From: Halieaceae bacterium
GTDB lineage: Bacteria > Pseudomonadota > Gammaproteobacteria > Pseudomonadales > Halieaceae
DNA length: 64,000 bases
Direction of reading: 5' to 3'
NCBI GenBank assembly: GCA_038106565.1
Contig: JAYOEE010000004.1
Span: forward strand, 14,633 to 78,632
This document shows, piece after piece, positions 1-11,800 of the stretch (its first letter is position 1; the number at the start of each line of letters is the position of its first letter). A model generated the notes under the pieces. The model did no database searches. It was not told the DNA's origin and saw only the letters and a list, made by a program, of their open reading frames with translations. A program made the position numbers and the translations under genes.

Positions 1-2
1 CG

Positions 3-1124
3 GTGCAGCGAGGTATCGATGCGCTCGGCTTTGAGTTTTGCTCACCCATTCAGGGTCAAATTCTGCCTCACACGCTGGGAGGCAATGACGCGATCGGCAA
101 AGCGCAGACTGGAACCGGAAAGACAGCGGCGTTTCTTATTACCATTTTCAACGATTTGCTTCGCCATCCTATCGAGGGGGAGCGATACCTTGGTGAGCCC
201 AGGGCTGTCATTATTGCCCCGACGCGTGAACTGGTCATGCAGATTGCCGCGGATGCTGAGGAACTCGGGCGATTTACGGGTCTGAAGACGGTTACCTTGA
301 TCGGCGGCGCGGATTATCAGAGGCAATTGAGTCAATTAAACCGAGCGCCGGTAGATATGATTGTGGCCACGCCTGGGCGTTTAATCGATTTCATGGAGCG
401 GCGTGACCTCGCTCTGGACAGAGTTGAGATTCTGGTGCTTGACGAGGCGGATCGAATGTTGGACATGGGGTTTATTCCGCAGGTCAAGCGCATTGTGCGC
501 GCCACGCCCCGCAAGGAAGATCGCCAAACCCTGTTGTTTTCGGCAACCTTCACCCAGGATATTTTAAATCTAGCGAAGCAGTGGACTTTTGATCCCGTTA
601 CTGTCGAGATCGAGCCGGAGAGAGTGGCGACGGCGTCGGTAGATCAAAAGGTGTATCTCGTTTCCAGCAGAGAACGTTTTCCGGTGTTAATGGATCTACT
701 GAAAGACGAGTCAGTGGAGAGCGTGATCATTTTCGCCAACCGGCGAGATCAGGTGCGCCGACTGTACGAGAAGCTGCGCAAAGCCGGCGTGCACTGCGGC
801 ATGCTGTCAGGAGAGATCACGCAGGCCAAACGCACGAAGACGCTGGAGAATTTTAAGTCGGGTCGATCTAAAGTGCTGGTAGCGACGGACGTGGCGGGGC
901 GGGGGCTTCACGTAGAGGGCATTTCCCATGTCGTCAATTACAACCTGCCCGAAGACCCGGAAGATTATGTTCACCGCATCGGGCGCACTGGTAGAGCGGG
1001 AGCCACTGGCGTGTCCATCAGCTTTGCGAGTGAGGACGACGCTTTCCTGTTGCCGGATATTGAGGCGCTGCTGGGTCACTCGCTTGCCTGCATGCCCCCG
1101 CCTATCACGGGGGAGAGTGCCTAG
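3..1124 (+). CDS. rhlB: ATP-dependent DEAD-box RNA helicase, RhlB-like; 5' end cut by the window edge
   Basis: The ORF runs off the left edge. It has motif [15 protein letters not shown], the DEAD box (VLDEADRM), SAT and [10 protein letters not shown]. Overall it is collinear with E. coli RhlB as I recall it. Confidence 0.85.
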   Translation: MQRGIDALGFEFCSPIQGQILPHTLGGNDAIGKAQTGTGKTAAFLITIFNDLLRHPIEGERYLGEPRAVIIAPTRELVMQIAADAEELGRFTGLKTVTLIGGADYQRQLSQLNRAPVDMIVATPGRLIDFMERRDLALDRVEILVLDEADRMLDMGFIPQVKRIVRATPRKEDRQTLLFSATFTQDILNLAKQWTFDPVTVEIEPERVATASVDQKVYLVSSRERFPVLMDLLKDESVESVIIFANRRDQVRRLYEKLRKAGVHCGMLSGEITQAKRTKTLENFKSGRSKVLVATDVAGRGLHVEGISHVVNYNLPEDPEDYVHRIGRTGRAGATGVSISFASEDDAFLLPDIEALLGHSLACMPPPITGESA

Positions 1125-1873
1125 CGGAGCGGTCTGAGTTCGTGACACCACAAAAGTGTTGCGCCAATCACTGCAGCGGGAATCACCATTAAGTTCAGCA
1201 GAGGGATTCCCGAGAAAAAAGCCACAGACCCTCCAAATCCAATCGTAGAGAGTCTACGTGCAGCGCAGGCGTCTCGCACATCGCGAAACGGCAGGCGATG
1301 ATTATCCATCGGATAGTCCACAAACTGCAGGCTCATCATCCAGGCGCCCAGCAGAAACCATCCAATTGGGGCGAAGGCATTCAGGACCGGCATTAGCGTC
1401 AAGATCAGCACTGCCAGCGCCATTGGCAAGTAATAAAGAATTTTGCGCACTTCTCGAAACAGGGCTCTGGGGACTTCAAGCAGCGCAGCAGCAATACCAT
1501 CTGCGGCGGGCACGGGCTCACCGGTGATGGCTTCCTCCACTTTTTCTGCCAGCAAGGCGTGGAAGGGTGACGTGAGCATTAACACCAGGAACGTTGAGAG
1601 ATACCCCGTCATCAGGCCCCCGAGCAACCACAACACCGGCGTGATGATCCAGGATAAAAATTGAAGCCATTCTGGGACGGAAAGCATTGAGGCGTCATAT
1701 ATGTCACTGATGAACTCATAGGCGAACCAGCCCATCAGGCTGAAAAGAATGACATTGGCCACTAGCGGGACGATGACAAATCGGCGCAAGCCCGGCTCGA
1801 AGGTCATGGCCACACCGCGCATAAAATAGCCTGCGCCCGTGAAAAGGTTTCCGTTCATGGCAATCGCCGTCAT
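1121..1873 (-). CDS. cysZ: sulfate transporter CysZ
   Basis: 250-aa multi-pass membrane ORF. The N-terminal [19 protein letters not shown] segment and [12 protein letters not shown] resemble E. coli CysZ (GFYYFAQG..PGIRRFVILPL, APFNGLLAEQLE). It overlaps rhlB tail-to-tail by 4 nt. Confidence 0.8.
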   Translation of the reverse strand: MTAIAMNGNLFTGAGYFMRGVAMTFEPGLRRFVIVPLVANVILFSLMGWFAYEFISDIYDASMLSVPEWLQFLSWIITPVLWLLGGLMTGYLSTFLVLMLTSPFHALLAEKVEEAITGEPVPAADGIAAALLEVPRALFREVRKILYYLPMALAVLILTLMPVLNAFAPIGWFLLGAWMMSLQFVDYPMDNHRLPFRDVRDACAARRLSTIGFGGSVAFFSGIPLLNLMVIPAAVIGATLLWCHELRPLR

Positions 1874-1923
1874 AGAGTTCGGCGACTATACTGTCTTAAT
1901 CGTCGACCTGAGCGCAATCACCG

Positions 1924-2511
1924 GTGAGTGACGAAGACCTATTTGCTGAAGAGATGAGTGGCGTCAAGCCACTGGGCCGTGAGGCGCGTGTGCGCCTGGT
2001 GAAACAGCGGCTATCCGAAGATCAAACAGAGGGGCGCCGCCGCGCTGCAGAAGGGGAAGAGACGCTCGTCAACCCGCTCGTCGACGAGGGTGTACCGCCG
2101 CTTGACGCTTGGTATGTGATGGATTTCAAGCGGCCGGGTATCCAGCACGGCGTGTACCGGAAACTCAGGTTGGGCCATTATCAGATCGACGCGCGGCTCG
2201 ACTTGCACCGGTTTCCCGTGAAAAAGGCGAGGACGGAAGTTTTTTCTTTTATCGCCGAGGCGGCAAATCTGGGCTTGCGCACTTTGCTGATCGTGCATGG
2301 TAAGGGGCAATCCAAGTCCGAAGGAGAGCGCACAGCGGTACTAAAAGGTTATGTAAACCACTGGCTTCGCGAACTAGACGCCGTTCAGGCGTTTCACTCA
2401 GCGCAAGCTCATCATGGTGGTACCGGAGCGGTCTACGTATTGTTGCGCAAAAGTGCTGAGCAAAAGCGGGAAAATAGGCTGAACTATCTTAAAGGGCGTG
2501 TTCAGGACTGA
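1924..2511 (+). CDS. smrB: Smr-domain protein (SmrB/YfcN-like endonuclease)
   Basis: C-terminal Smr domain: LDLHRF..., [21 protein letters not shown] start. The 3' end overlaps gatB by 10 nt. Confidence 0.75.
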   Translation: MSDEDLFAEEMSGVKPLGREARVRLVKQRLSEDQTEGRRRAAEGEETLVNPLVDEGVPPLDAWYVMDFKRPGIQHGVYRKLRLGHYQIDARLDLHRFPVKKARTEVFSFIAEAANLGLRTLLIVHGKGQSKSEGERTAVLKGYVNHWLRELDAVQAFHSAQAHHGGTGAVYVLLRKSAEQKRENRLNYLKGRVQD

Positions 2512-3953
2512 TCGTTGAGTTTCGCCAGTAACAGCTCATTGAGCAGCTTAGGATTCGCCTGCCCTTTGGAAGCTTTCATAATTTGGCCGACAAAAAAACC
2601 GCTCAACTTCTTACGCTTGCCCTCATCCGCAGCCAGATACTGCGCAACCTGATCCGGGTTTTGTTCTATCACTGCGTCTACCATTGCCGCTAGTTCTCCC
2701 GAATCACTGACCTGCTTTAACCCGCGCGCGGCAATAATGGCATCGGTATCGCCCTCGTTATCCCAGAGCGCGTCGAATACCTGCTTGGCCAATTTACTCG
2801 AGAGCGTGCCGTCTTCAATTCGGACAATCAGCCCAGCGAGCCGCTCGGCGGTGATGGGACTGCTCGATATGGTCAGCTCGTGACGGTTAAGGGCGCCGGA
2901 CAGATCGCTCAGAATCCAGTTGGCTGCTAACTTGGGCGCACCGCAAGTCCTGGCGACATGCTCAAAATAGTCCGCCATGGCGTGATTGGGGACGAGTAGC
3001 GCTGCATCGTAATGGCTCAGGCCATATTCCGCAGCAAATCGCTGGCGCTTGGCCTCTGGCAGCTCAGGCAGGCTGGCTCGCACAGTTTCTATGTATTCCT
3101 CATCCAGAACGATTGGCAGTAAATCGGGCTCTGGGAAATAACGATAGTCGTTGGCTACTTCCTTTGACCGCATGGAACGGGTGACATTTTGCTCGGCGTC
3201 GTAAAGTCGGGTTTCCTGCGTGACAGTTGCGCCAGCTTCCAGTAGATCGGCCTGGCGCTCGTATTCGCAGTGAATCGCTCTTTCCACAAATCGAAACGAG
3301 TTGACGTTCTTGATCTCGGTGCGGGTGCCCAGTTGCTCAGAGCCTTTCTCGCGAAGCGATATATTGATGTCGCAGCGCATTGAGCCCTCAGCCATATTTC
3401 CGTCAGAGATGCCCAGATACGTGACCAGCGAATGGAGCGCTTTCAAATAGGCAACCGCCTGCTCTGCGGTCCGAAAGTCAGGCTCAGTCACAATCTCCAG
3501 CAGCGGCGTGCCCGCACGATTAAGATCGATACCGGTTTCCTGGCTGAAGACGTCATGTACCGATTTGCCCGCATCCTCTTCGAGATGCGCGCGAGTAATC
3601 CTGACAGGAAAAAGGCTGCCATCCTCAAGCGGCACTTCAAAGATACCCTCGCAGACAATGGGAGCGAAGAATTGGCTTACCTGATATCCCTTGGGCAAGT
3701 CGGGGTAAAAATAATTTTTGCGATCGAATACGGAGCGCTCTCCGATGCGCGCGCCAATTCCCAAGCCAAATTTCACCGCGTAGCGCACCGCTTCCTCATT
3801 AAGCACGGGAAGCATACCGGGCATGCCCAGATCGACCGCATCCGCCTGCTCATTTGGCGCAGCGCCGAATTGTGTCGCGGAGCCGGAGAAAATTTTGGAC
3901 TGAGTCGCTAATTGCAGGTGCACCTCCAACCCCATGACCATTTCCCAGCTCAT
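2502..3953 (-). CDS. gatB: Asp/Glu-tRNA amidotransferase subunit B
   Basis: 483 aa with the typical GatB N-terminus [13 protein letters not shown] and a C-terminal YqeY-like tail. It overlaps gatA by 4 nt, suggesting translational coupling. Confidence 0.95.
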   Translation of the reverse strand: MSWEMVMGLEVHLQLATQSKIFSGSATQFGAAPNEQADAVDLGMPGMLPVLNEEAVRYAVKFGLGIGARIGERSVFDRKNYFYPDLPKGYQVSQFFAPIVCEGIFEVPLEDGSLFPVRITRAHLEEDAGKSVHDVFSQETGIDLNRAGTPLLEIVTEPDFRTAEQAVAYLKALHSLVTYLGISDGNMAEGSMRCDINISLREKGSEQLGTRTEIKNVNSFRFVERAIHCEYERQADLLEAGATVTQETRLYDAEQNVTRSMRSKEVANDYRYFPEPDLLPIVLDEEYIETVRASLPELPEAKRQRFAAEYGLSHYDAALLVPNHAMADYFEHVARTCGAPKLAANWILSDLSGALNRHELTISSSPITAERLAGLIVRIEDGTLSSKLAKQVFDALWDNEGDTDAIIAARGLKQVSDSGELAAMVDAVIEQNPDQVAQYLAADEGKRKKLSGFFVGQIMKASKGQANPKLLNELLLAKLNDQS

Positions 3954-5428
3954 GACGCCATACCCGCCAGGTCAGGAGTCGCCAAATGCCAGTCGGTATC
4001 TAGCTGCAACCGATACGCAGCGTTGAGAATTGTCTGCTCGTCGAAGGCTTTGCCAATGAGTTGCAAACCGACGGGCATACCATCTATCAGCCCCGCGGGT
4101 ACCGATAAGCCCGGCAAACCCGCTAGGTTGACGGCAAGCGTGTAGATATCCTCCATGTACATCGAAACAGGGTCCTGTTGCTTGGCGCCGAATCGAAACG
4201 CCACCCCTGGTGCCGAGGGACCTGCAATCACGTCGACTTGCTCGAAGGCGCGAATAAAATCTTGCGTGATGACCCGCCGCACCTGCTGTGCCTTATTAAA
4301 GTAAGCGTCATAAAAGCCTGCCGACAGTGCGTATGTGCCGACTAAGATACGCCGCTGCACCTCCTCGCCAAACCCTTCGCTCCGCGACCGCAGATAGAGG
4401 TCCTCAAGATCCTGCGGGTTGTCGCATCGGTAGCCAAATCGGACACCGTCGTATCTCGCTAGATTGGCAGACGCCTCCGCAGGTGCGATCACGTAATAGG
4501 TTGCAATCGCATAATGGCTGTGGGGTAAATCAATATCTACGAGGACGGCACCCGCTTTTTCCAATTCAGAGAGCGCTGTCATCACACGCTCGCGCACTGA
4601 AGTGTCCAGGTCTTCGTTGAAATATTGCTTGGGAAGCCCGATCCGCAATCCCTTGACGTCTGAGCTAAGCGCCGCATGAAAATCGGGAACTGCTAGGTCT
4701 GCAGAGGTTGAATCACCCGGATCCATCCCTGCCATCGCGGTTAATGCCAGAGCGCAGTCTTCTGCCGTGCGGGCCATCGGCCCCGCCTGATCGAGGGAAG
4801 AGGCGAAAGCGATAATTCCCAGTCTGGATACTCTTCCGTAGGTCGGTTTGAGTCCGGTGATACCGCACAGGGAGGCTGGCTGCCTGATCGATCCTCCGGT
4901 GTCGGTTCCAGTCACGAGCGGTGCCATGCCGGCCGCAAGAGCGGCCGCTGAACCCCCGGAACTGCCACCGGGAACGCAGTCCAGATTCCAAGGGTTTTTG
5001 ACAGTGCCAAAGTAGCTGGTCTCGTTGGAAGAGCCCATCGCAAACTCGTCCATGTTGCACTTGCCCAATACGACAACGCCCTCGGCCTTCAGTTTTGACA
5101 CCACGGTAGCATCGTAAGCGGGAATAAAATTTTCCAGCATTCGAGAGCCGCAGGTAGTGCGAATGCCGCGGGTGCAAAAAATGTCTTTGTGCAGTAACGG
5201 AACGCCGGTCAACGTTTTTGCTTCTGCGCTTGCGAGCTGGGAGTCAGCTAGGCGAGCCTCCTCCAGCGCCTCATCGTGGCATACGGTGACGACTGCGTTG
5301 AGCTTCGGATTGACTTGTTCGATCTGATTCAGAAAGGCTTGGGTCAGTTCAACGCTGGATACAGAGCGGTCACGAAGTAACTGCCTGAGCTGACAGACGG
5401 ACGAGGTGAGTAGTTGGGTGTCCGCCAT
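3950..5428 (-). CDS. gatA: Asp/Glu-tRNA amidotransferase subunit A
   Basis: 492 aa with the amidase signature [14 protein letters not shown]. It lies between gatC and gatB. Confidence 0.95.
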   Translation of the reverse strand: MADTQLLTSSVCQLRQLLRDRSVSSVELTQAFLNQIEQVNPKLNAVVTVCHDEALEEARLADSQLASAEAKTLTGVPLLHKDIFCTRGIRTTCGSRMLENFIPAYDATVVSKLKAEGVVVLGKCNMDEFAMGSSNETSYFGTVKNPWNLDCVPGGSSGGSAAALAAGMAPLVTGTDTGGSIRQPASLCGITGLKPTYGRVSRLGIIAFASSLDQAGPMARTAEDCALALTAMAGMDPGDSTSADLAVPDFHAALSSDVKGLRIGLPKQYFNEDLDTSVRERVMTALSELEKAGAVLVDIDLPHSHYAIATYYVIAPAEASANLARYDGVRFGYRCDNPQDLEDLYLRSRSEGFGEEVQRRILVGTYALSAGFYDAYFNKAQQVRRVITQDFIRAFEQVDVIAGPSAPGVAFRFGAKQQDPVSMYMEDIYTLAVNLAGLPGLSVPAGLIDGMPVGLQLIGKAFDEQTILNAAYRLQLDTDWHLATPDLAGMAS

Positions 5429-5715
5429 CAGTCGATTACCTTAGGCACCAGAAAATAACCTTGTTCCTGAGCAGGGGCTGACGCCATCAGTTCACTCCGA
5501 TTATTGGTCCGCGTCACTGCATCGGGTCTCAGTCGCTGCTCCATATCGTGAGGGTTGGACATCGGTGTCACACCGTTCGTGTCGATCGTGTTCAGTTCAT
5601 CAACTAATTGCAGCACTCGTCCAAAGCGTTCTGTTACCTCGGCAAGATCAGTCTCCGATATGGTGAGGCGAGCAAGGAGGGCGACTTTCTCGACATCTTG
5701 GGGTGACACGGACAT
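5428..5715 (-). CDS. gatC: Asp/Glu-tRNA amidotransferase subunit C
   Basis: 95-aa ORF at the head of the gatCAB operon, overlapping gatA by 1 nt. Confidence 0.9.
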   Translation of the reverse strand: MSVSPQDVEKVALLARLTISETDLAEVTERFGRVLQLVDELNTIDTNGVTPMSNPHDMEQRLRPDAVTRTNNRSELMASAPAQEQGYFLVPKVID

Positions 5716-5903
5716 AGAGGTTTATCCTTTTAGAAGGCGCCGAAAACTAACATACTTGCGGCTTGCCCAAAAACCCCCGCATTGCTACATTCACCTCAAA
5801 TTTTCGCCGTAAAAGCTGATTGTCGAGCCGTTTTTTTGGTGTTGGATGCGTTGGGCGCTGACCACGGTGGCACGATCGCATTCGACGCGGGTGCTGACTT
5901 TAG

Positions 5904-6974
<1,071 letters not shown>

Positions 6975-7043
6975 GGCCCGCGTCGCTGGAGTAGCGCTAT
7001 CAAACCGCTTTTCCTGAAACAGAGCTCCATTTCCGCTCAATTC

Positions 7044-7838
7044 TTGATTCTGGCCGTTCTCTGCCTGCTCGTCTTATTCTTGTACCGAGATCACCCGCGA
7101 GTGACCGCGGTCCAAAAAGGCGCGGTAGATGTCATCGCGCTCGCCACCGGCGTAATCCTTGCTCCCGCCGAGGCCTGGACGCGGATGCTGGCAGCCATGC
7201 AATCCAACAGCGAATTGCGTGAAGAGCTACTCAGGCTCGAGCAGGAAAATCGTGTGCTCAAGGGACGCACTCAACGTCTTGCCTCCGTCTTGGCAGAAAA
7301 CGCGCGATATAGAGCGTTGTTGAATTCCGCTCGAGATGTTGAGGACCAACTCATTGCGGCAAAAATTATTGCGATATCACCCGATCCTGCCCGACATGTC
7401 GTGGTCATTGACAAGGGTAGTCTGGATGGCATCGAGCAGGGACAGGCTGTCCTCGGTGAAGAAGGTCTCATGGGACAGATAGTGCTGAGCGGTGACTCCA
7501 GTAGCAGAGCGGTAATGATTACCGACAGTGCCCACGCGTTGCCAGTGCAGGTTAATCGTTCAGGACTCAGAGCAATTGCTGAGGGCAGCGGTGCACTGGA
7601 TCGTTTGTTGATTCGGCACCTACCGGCCTCGGCCGACATCCGAGTGGGCGATTTGCTGGTGACGTCCGGATTGGGGGGACGGTTTCCGAGTGGCTATCCG
7701 GTCGCACGTGTCACGCAGGTCGAGAGTCCTGCCGGCGAGGCCTTTGCGCTGGTGACCGCTGAGCCTACCTCGGCTTTAGACCGCGGTAGATTTGTGCTTG
7801 TTTTACAGGGCAGCGCGAGAGCCGAGGGCGAGTCGTAG
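7044..7838 (+). CDS. mreC: rod-shape-determining protein MreC (conservative TTG start; the conserved N-terminus extends upstream to 6999, see findings)
   Basis: Coiled-coil region LEQENRVLK, then VVIDKGSLDGI and GDLLVTSGLGGRFPSGYPVA. It sits between mreB and mreD. The first canonical start is TTG 7044, and it has no SD. Confidence 0.9.
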   Translation: MILAVLCLLVLFLYRDHPRVTAVQKGAVDVIALATGVILAPAEAWTRMLAAMQSNSELREELLRLEQENRVLKGRTQRLASVLAENARYRALLNSARDVEDQLIAAKIIAISPDPARHVVVIDKGSLDGIEQGQAVLGEEGLMGQIVLSGDSSSRAVMITDSAHALPVQVNRSGLRAIAEGSGALDRLLIRHLPASADIRVGDLLVTSGLGGRFPSGYPVARVTQVESPAGEAFALVTAEPTSALDRGRFVLVLQGSARAEGES

Positions 7839-8320
7839 TGGAGCAAGGTAGATCGACGTGGGCGATATATCTCTCGCTCACCTGTGGTCTGTTGGTCATG
7901 CTCTTGCCTTTACCTGTGGAGTGGCGGTTTATCCGGCCGGATTTTGTGGCGCTGTTCCTATTCTACTGGGTGCTCGCTCTGCCCCATCGTGTCGGTGTTA
8001 CCACCGCGTTTTTACTCGGTGTAGGGCAGGATCTTATAGAGGGTAGCCCCATCGGGTTGTCGTCGCTTGGATTAATGGTGGCGACGATAGTTTTGATAGC
8101 GAACTATCAACGGATCCGACAGTTTGACGCCATACAGCAGTCTCTGATGATTCTGGTCCTCATGATGCTGAGTTCAGGTATCGAACATTGGCTGAGAGAC
8201 GGGATCAACATTCCCGTCGCTTCCTGGGCGGGTTTGGTCAATTTGGCAGTATCCACAGTTTGCTGGCTACCTATCAGGCAGGTGTTGCGTTATTTTCGGC
8301 GTTACTACGAGGTGAGTTGA
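7838..8320 (+). CDS. mreD: rod-shape-determining protein MreD
   Basis: 160-aa polytopic membrane ORF. Its GTG start overlaps the mreC stop codon (TAGTG). Confidence 0.85.
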   Translation: MEQGRSTWAIYLSLTCGLLVMLLPLPVEWRFIRPDFVALFLFYWVLALPHRVGVTTAFLLGVGQDLIEGSPIGLSSLGLMVATIVLIANYQRIRQFDAIQQSLMILVLMMLSSGIEHWLRDGINIPVASWAGLVNLAVSTVCWLPIRQVLRYFRRYYEVS

Positions 8321-8886
8321 TGCGACTAATACTCGCGTCCTCCAGTCCCCGTAGGAAGGAGCTGCTGTCTCTGCTCGTGACTGATTTTGGTACTGAGCGC
8401 CCGGAAACGGACGAGTCTCAAAAGCCGAATGAGCTACCAGAACGTTACGTGCAAAGGCTTGCGACAGAGAAGGCGCGAGCCTGTGAGAAGGATGGGTGGG
8501 CCGTTTTGGGCGCAGACACTGTGGTAACGATCGGTTCTCAGATTCTCGGCAAGCCCGCATGTCCCGAGGAAGCCAGCGACACCCTTCATCTGCTATCCGG
8601 CCGGACGCATCAGGTCATGACAGGGGTTGCATTACTGTGCGGAGGGAGAGTTCATTCGACTCTTACGACTACGCGAGTGACCTTCGATCATTTATCGGAG
8701 GATGCGATCGCACGATATCTGCTCACAGATGAACCCTATGATAAAGCCGGCGCCTATGGCATTCAGGGCTACGCGGGGGCTTTCGTTCGTCGGATCGAGG
8801 GCAGTTATAGCGCTGTAGTGGGACTGCCTCTCTGCGAGACGCGGGAACTCCTTCTCTCGGCCGGCGTTCCGGTGCGCCATGGTTAA
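8320..8886 (+). CDS. maf: Maf-family nucleoside triphosphate pyrophosphatase (YhdE-like)
   Basis: Start set to ATG 8320 (MRLILASSSPRRKELL), which shares 1 nt with the mreD stop codon. The Maf motifs SSSPRR and AGAYGIQG are present. Confidence 0.9.
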   Translation: MRLILASSSPRRKELLSLLVTDFGTERPETDESQKPNELPERYVQRLATEKARACEKDGWAVLGADTVVTIGSQILGKPACPEEASDTLHLLSGRTHQVMTGVALLCGGRVHSTLTTTRVTFDHLSEDAIARYLLTDEPYDKAGAYGIQGYAGAFVRRIEGSYSAVVGLPLCETRELLLSAGVPVRHG

Positions 8887-11800
8887 AGCCATACCGCGTG
8901 TGCTTGGCAGGATCATCTGGCCGGCTTTGGTTACATCGATCGTTGTTCTCGCCATTTACGTCAGCGGTGGTCGTGTGCTGATGGCTGCATTACCCGGGCT
9001 ACAGCAGCAGATGATTCAAGCCTTATCGCAACAACTGCCATTCCGAGTGTCAGTTGGCGCTGTGGTAGGCCGGATGGACGGCTTTTCCCCACGTATCGAG
9101 CTCCGCGATTTGACAGTACTCGACGAGCAGATCGGTCCAGCGCTGTCTTTGCGTGAGGCGAGTTTGCGAATCGACCCATGGCAGAGCCTTCTGAGCGGCA
9201 CCCTTCGCGCCGATGTTGTGACGCTGATAGCGCCGAAGATGTCGAGACCCATGCGTGAAGGGCAACGCATGCCTGAGTTTCCTGAGGCTTTTTGGGAGAT
9301 TCTCAATAGTTTTGGGCGAGTACAGGTGCGCGATGCACAGCTTGCTCATCAGTCCGACTCAGATGCTAAGTCCTCCCCAGTCACCTTTGATCTCGATCTG
9401 GAGCGAGAGAGGAGTCAGCGGCGCGTGAGGTTATCGGTTCGCTCAGGGGACGATGTCGTGATGACCGCCGAGGGCACTGGCACGGGCAATCCCGGTGAGA
9501 TCACACAGTTCTCGGGTGAAATTCATGGCGCGATCAGTGGGCAGGGTCTCTCAATATTGGCAAGCAATCTGGGCGTCGGCCTGGATGCAGAAGGGGGTAT
9601 TAACTTTTGGTACGGAGTCTCTGAGGGTGCGCCGAGCAGTGTGGTTCAGGTTGCACTCAGTAACATTATTTTTCGTGGCGACCACGGTGGAACATTGGAT
9701 TCGCTATCGCTCCAGTCGGCGGTGCGAGGTGTGCCTGGGGAGCTTGAGATCTGGCTTGATGACATCTTAATTGGGTTACCCCCCGGGGAACTTGTTGCGC
9801 TGCCTCGCATCCACACTGTGGAGGCGGCTCAAGGCTGGCAGATAAGAACGGGAACATTTGACGTTGGGGCTGTTGTTCAGGTGCTAACCCGCGGTGCCTT
9901 TCTGCCTGAAAAAGCGCGCAATATTCTCGACACGCTGGCACCCAGTGGGCGAATCAACGCGATGGAGCTACTGCTGGCCTCGCCGAGCCAGCCGCTCGAC
10001 ACCTGGGCGCTTGCAGCAGACGTGTCGGATATCACGACTGCACCATACCGAAATGTGCCGGGCCTTGCGGGCATCGACGCCTATCTCAGTGCTACGGAGC
10101 GCGGCGCCGTGGCTTGGATCGATACGGACAACTTTTCGCTGTCGTTACCCAAGGTCTATGACAGGCCGATTCAATTACAAAAGGTGGTCGGTCAGCTAGC
10201 AGGCCAGTGGCAACCAGACGGACTGTTTCTCAAGGACGGACTGTTTCTCGCGCGTGCGGCCGAATACAGTGCTTCGGTTCAATTTGAAATTGACATTCCA
10301 TTTTCTGCTTCCTCGTCAGTAGACCGTGAGATGCGCTTGACTGCGGCAATGAGTGAGGCACCCATAGCGGTCCGCAACGACTACATTCCCCATCGCGTGC
10401 CGGAACCCACATACAAATGGCTTCAAAAAGCCATCGGGTCGGGAACAGTTGGCTCTGCAACTTTCCTATGGCACGGCGGACTCGGACCCTATGGGGATCC
10501 TGGTCAGACCATGCAGTTGGTGGTCGATATGTCCGGGGTGAACCTCGATTATCAGGAGGCCTGGCCACAGGCCGTTCTGTCCAACGGTCGGCTCTGGCTA
10601 AATGATGGTTTGATTGATATCTGGGCGAACTCAGTGACACTGGCGGGCATCGATCTCGAAAACGCGAGGGCCGGCGTCAGGCTGCATGCCGGTGAGGCAC
10701 GTTTGTTGTTGGGAGCCGAGTCGCAGGCGCAGTTATCTCCGCTCACAGCTGCTATGAAAAAATTACCAGCGCTTTCGTTTGCGAGACCTCTGTTGGACGA
10801 CTTGAGTGCTCAAGGGAATGCGCGCACCCATCTCGATCTGAGCTTTGATCTGGCCCGCATTCGAGAAACATTGTCTGTTCAAGTGTCCACCTCAACCCTA
10901 GGCGCCCGCGTTTCTTCAGCATTTCTCGATTTGGGTATCGAAGATCTAGAAGGAGAGATCGTTTATGACAGTTCGCGCGGATTTGAAGGACGAGGGTTGC
11001 AAGCGGAGCTCTTTGGTCAACCGATTCAGGTTGATATGGGACCCCACCTGGCGAGCGGGGCGGGTAGCGTGCTTGCAGCGCAGTTCAGTGTGCTGGCATC
11101 GGTAGACGATATATTGGCTTGGCGGTCATCTGCGGCGCTTTTGCCGGCGTCGGGCTCCGCGACAGTCCATGTGATGACCGAGGTGGCGGAAGAAATTACT
11201 GTGTCAGTCACTTCGAATTTGGAGGGTGTGGAGGTTGATCTCCCCTTGCCATGGGGGAAGGGCCCACAGACTCGGGCACCCCTCGCGATCGATTGGAGCA
11301 GTCGGGGTTGGGCTCCATGGGAGGTGTTCTGGTTTGGGCGGTTGTCAGCGGTCGGCGATTTTTCTGACCCAATCCAGCCGGCGTTAGCGATAGATGTGAC
11401 GCCAAGAACGAGGGCTTCGAAATCGCGTCTTGTCAGTCCTCCGCCGGGCGTGCAGGTGACAGGACTACTGCCATCGTTTGACCCAGCTGACTGGCTGCCA
11501 GATCTTCTCGGATCGGAAGTGATTTATTCAGAACTGCCTGAACTGCATATTGATCAGCTGCGCATTGAAAGGCTGCTTTGGCAGGGGCGGGAGCTGGGCT
11601 CCGCTACCCTGTCTGCCTCAGTTGCTGACCCTGTCATCGAGGCTGATTTTGCCTTGCCGTGGATTCGAGGCGTACTGAGGCAATGGGAGCCAATTCCGCT
11701 CGCCGATTCTGCGGCAATGACCGCAGCCGAAACGCGTCGGACGTTGGACATTGAATACCTTGACTTGGCATCTGTTCCCTCGAGTTCTAAGCAGTCGAAC

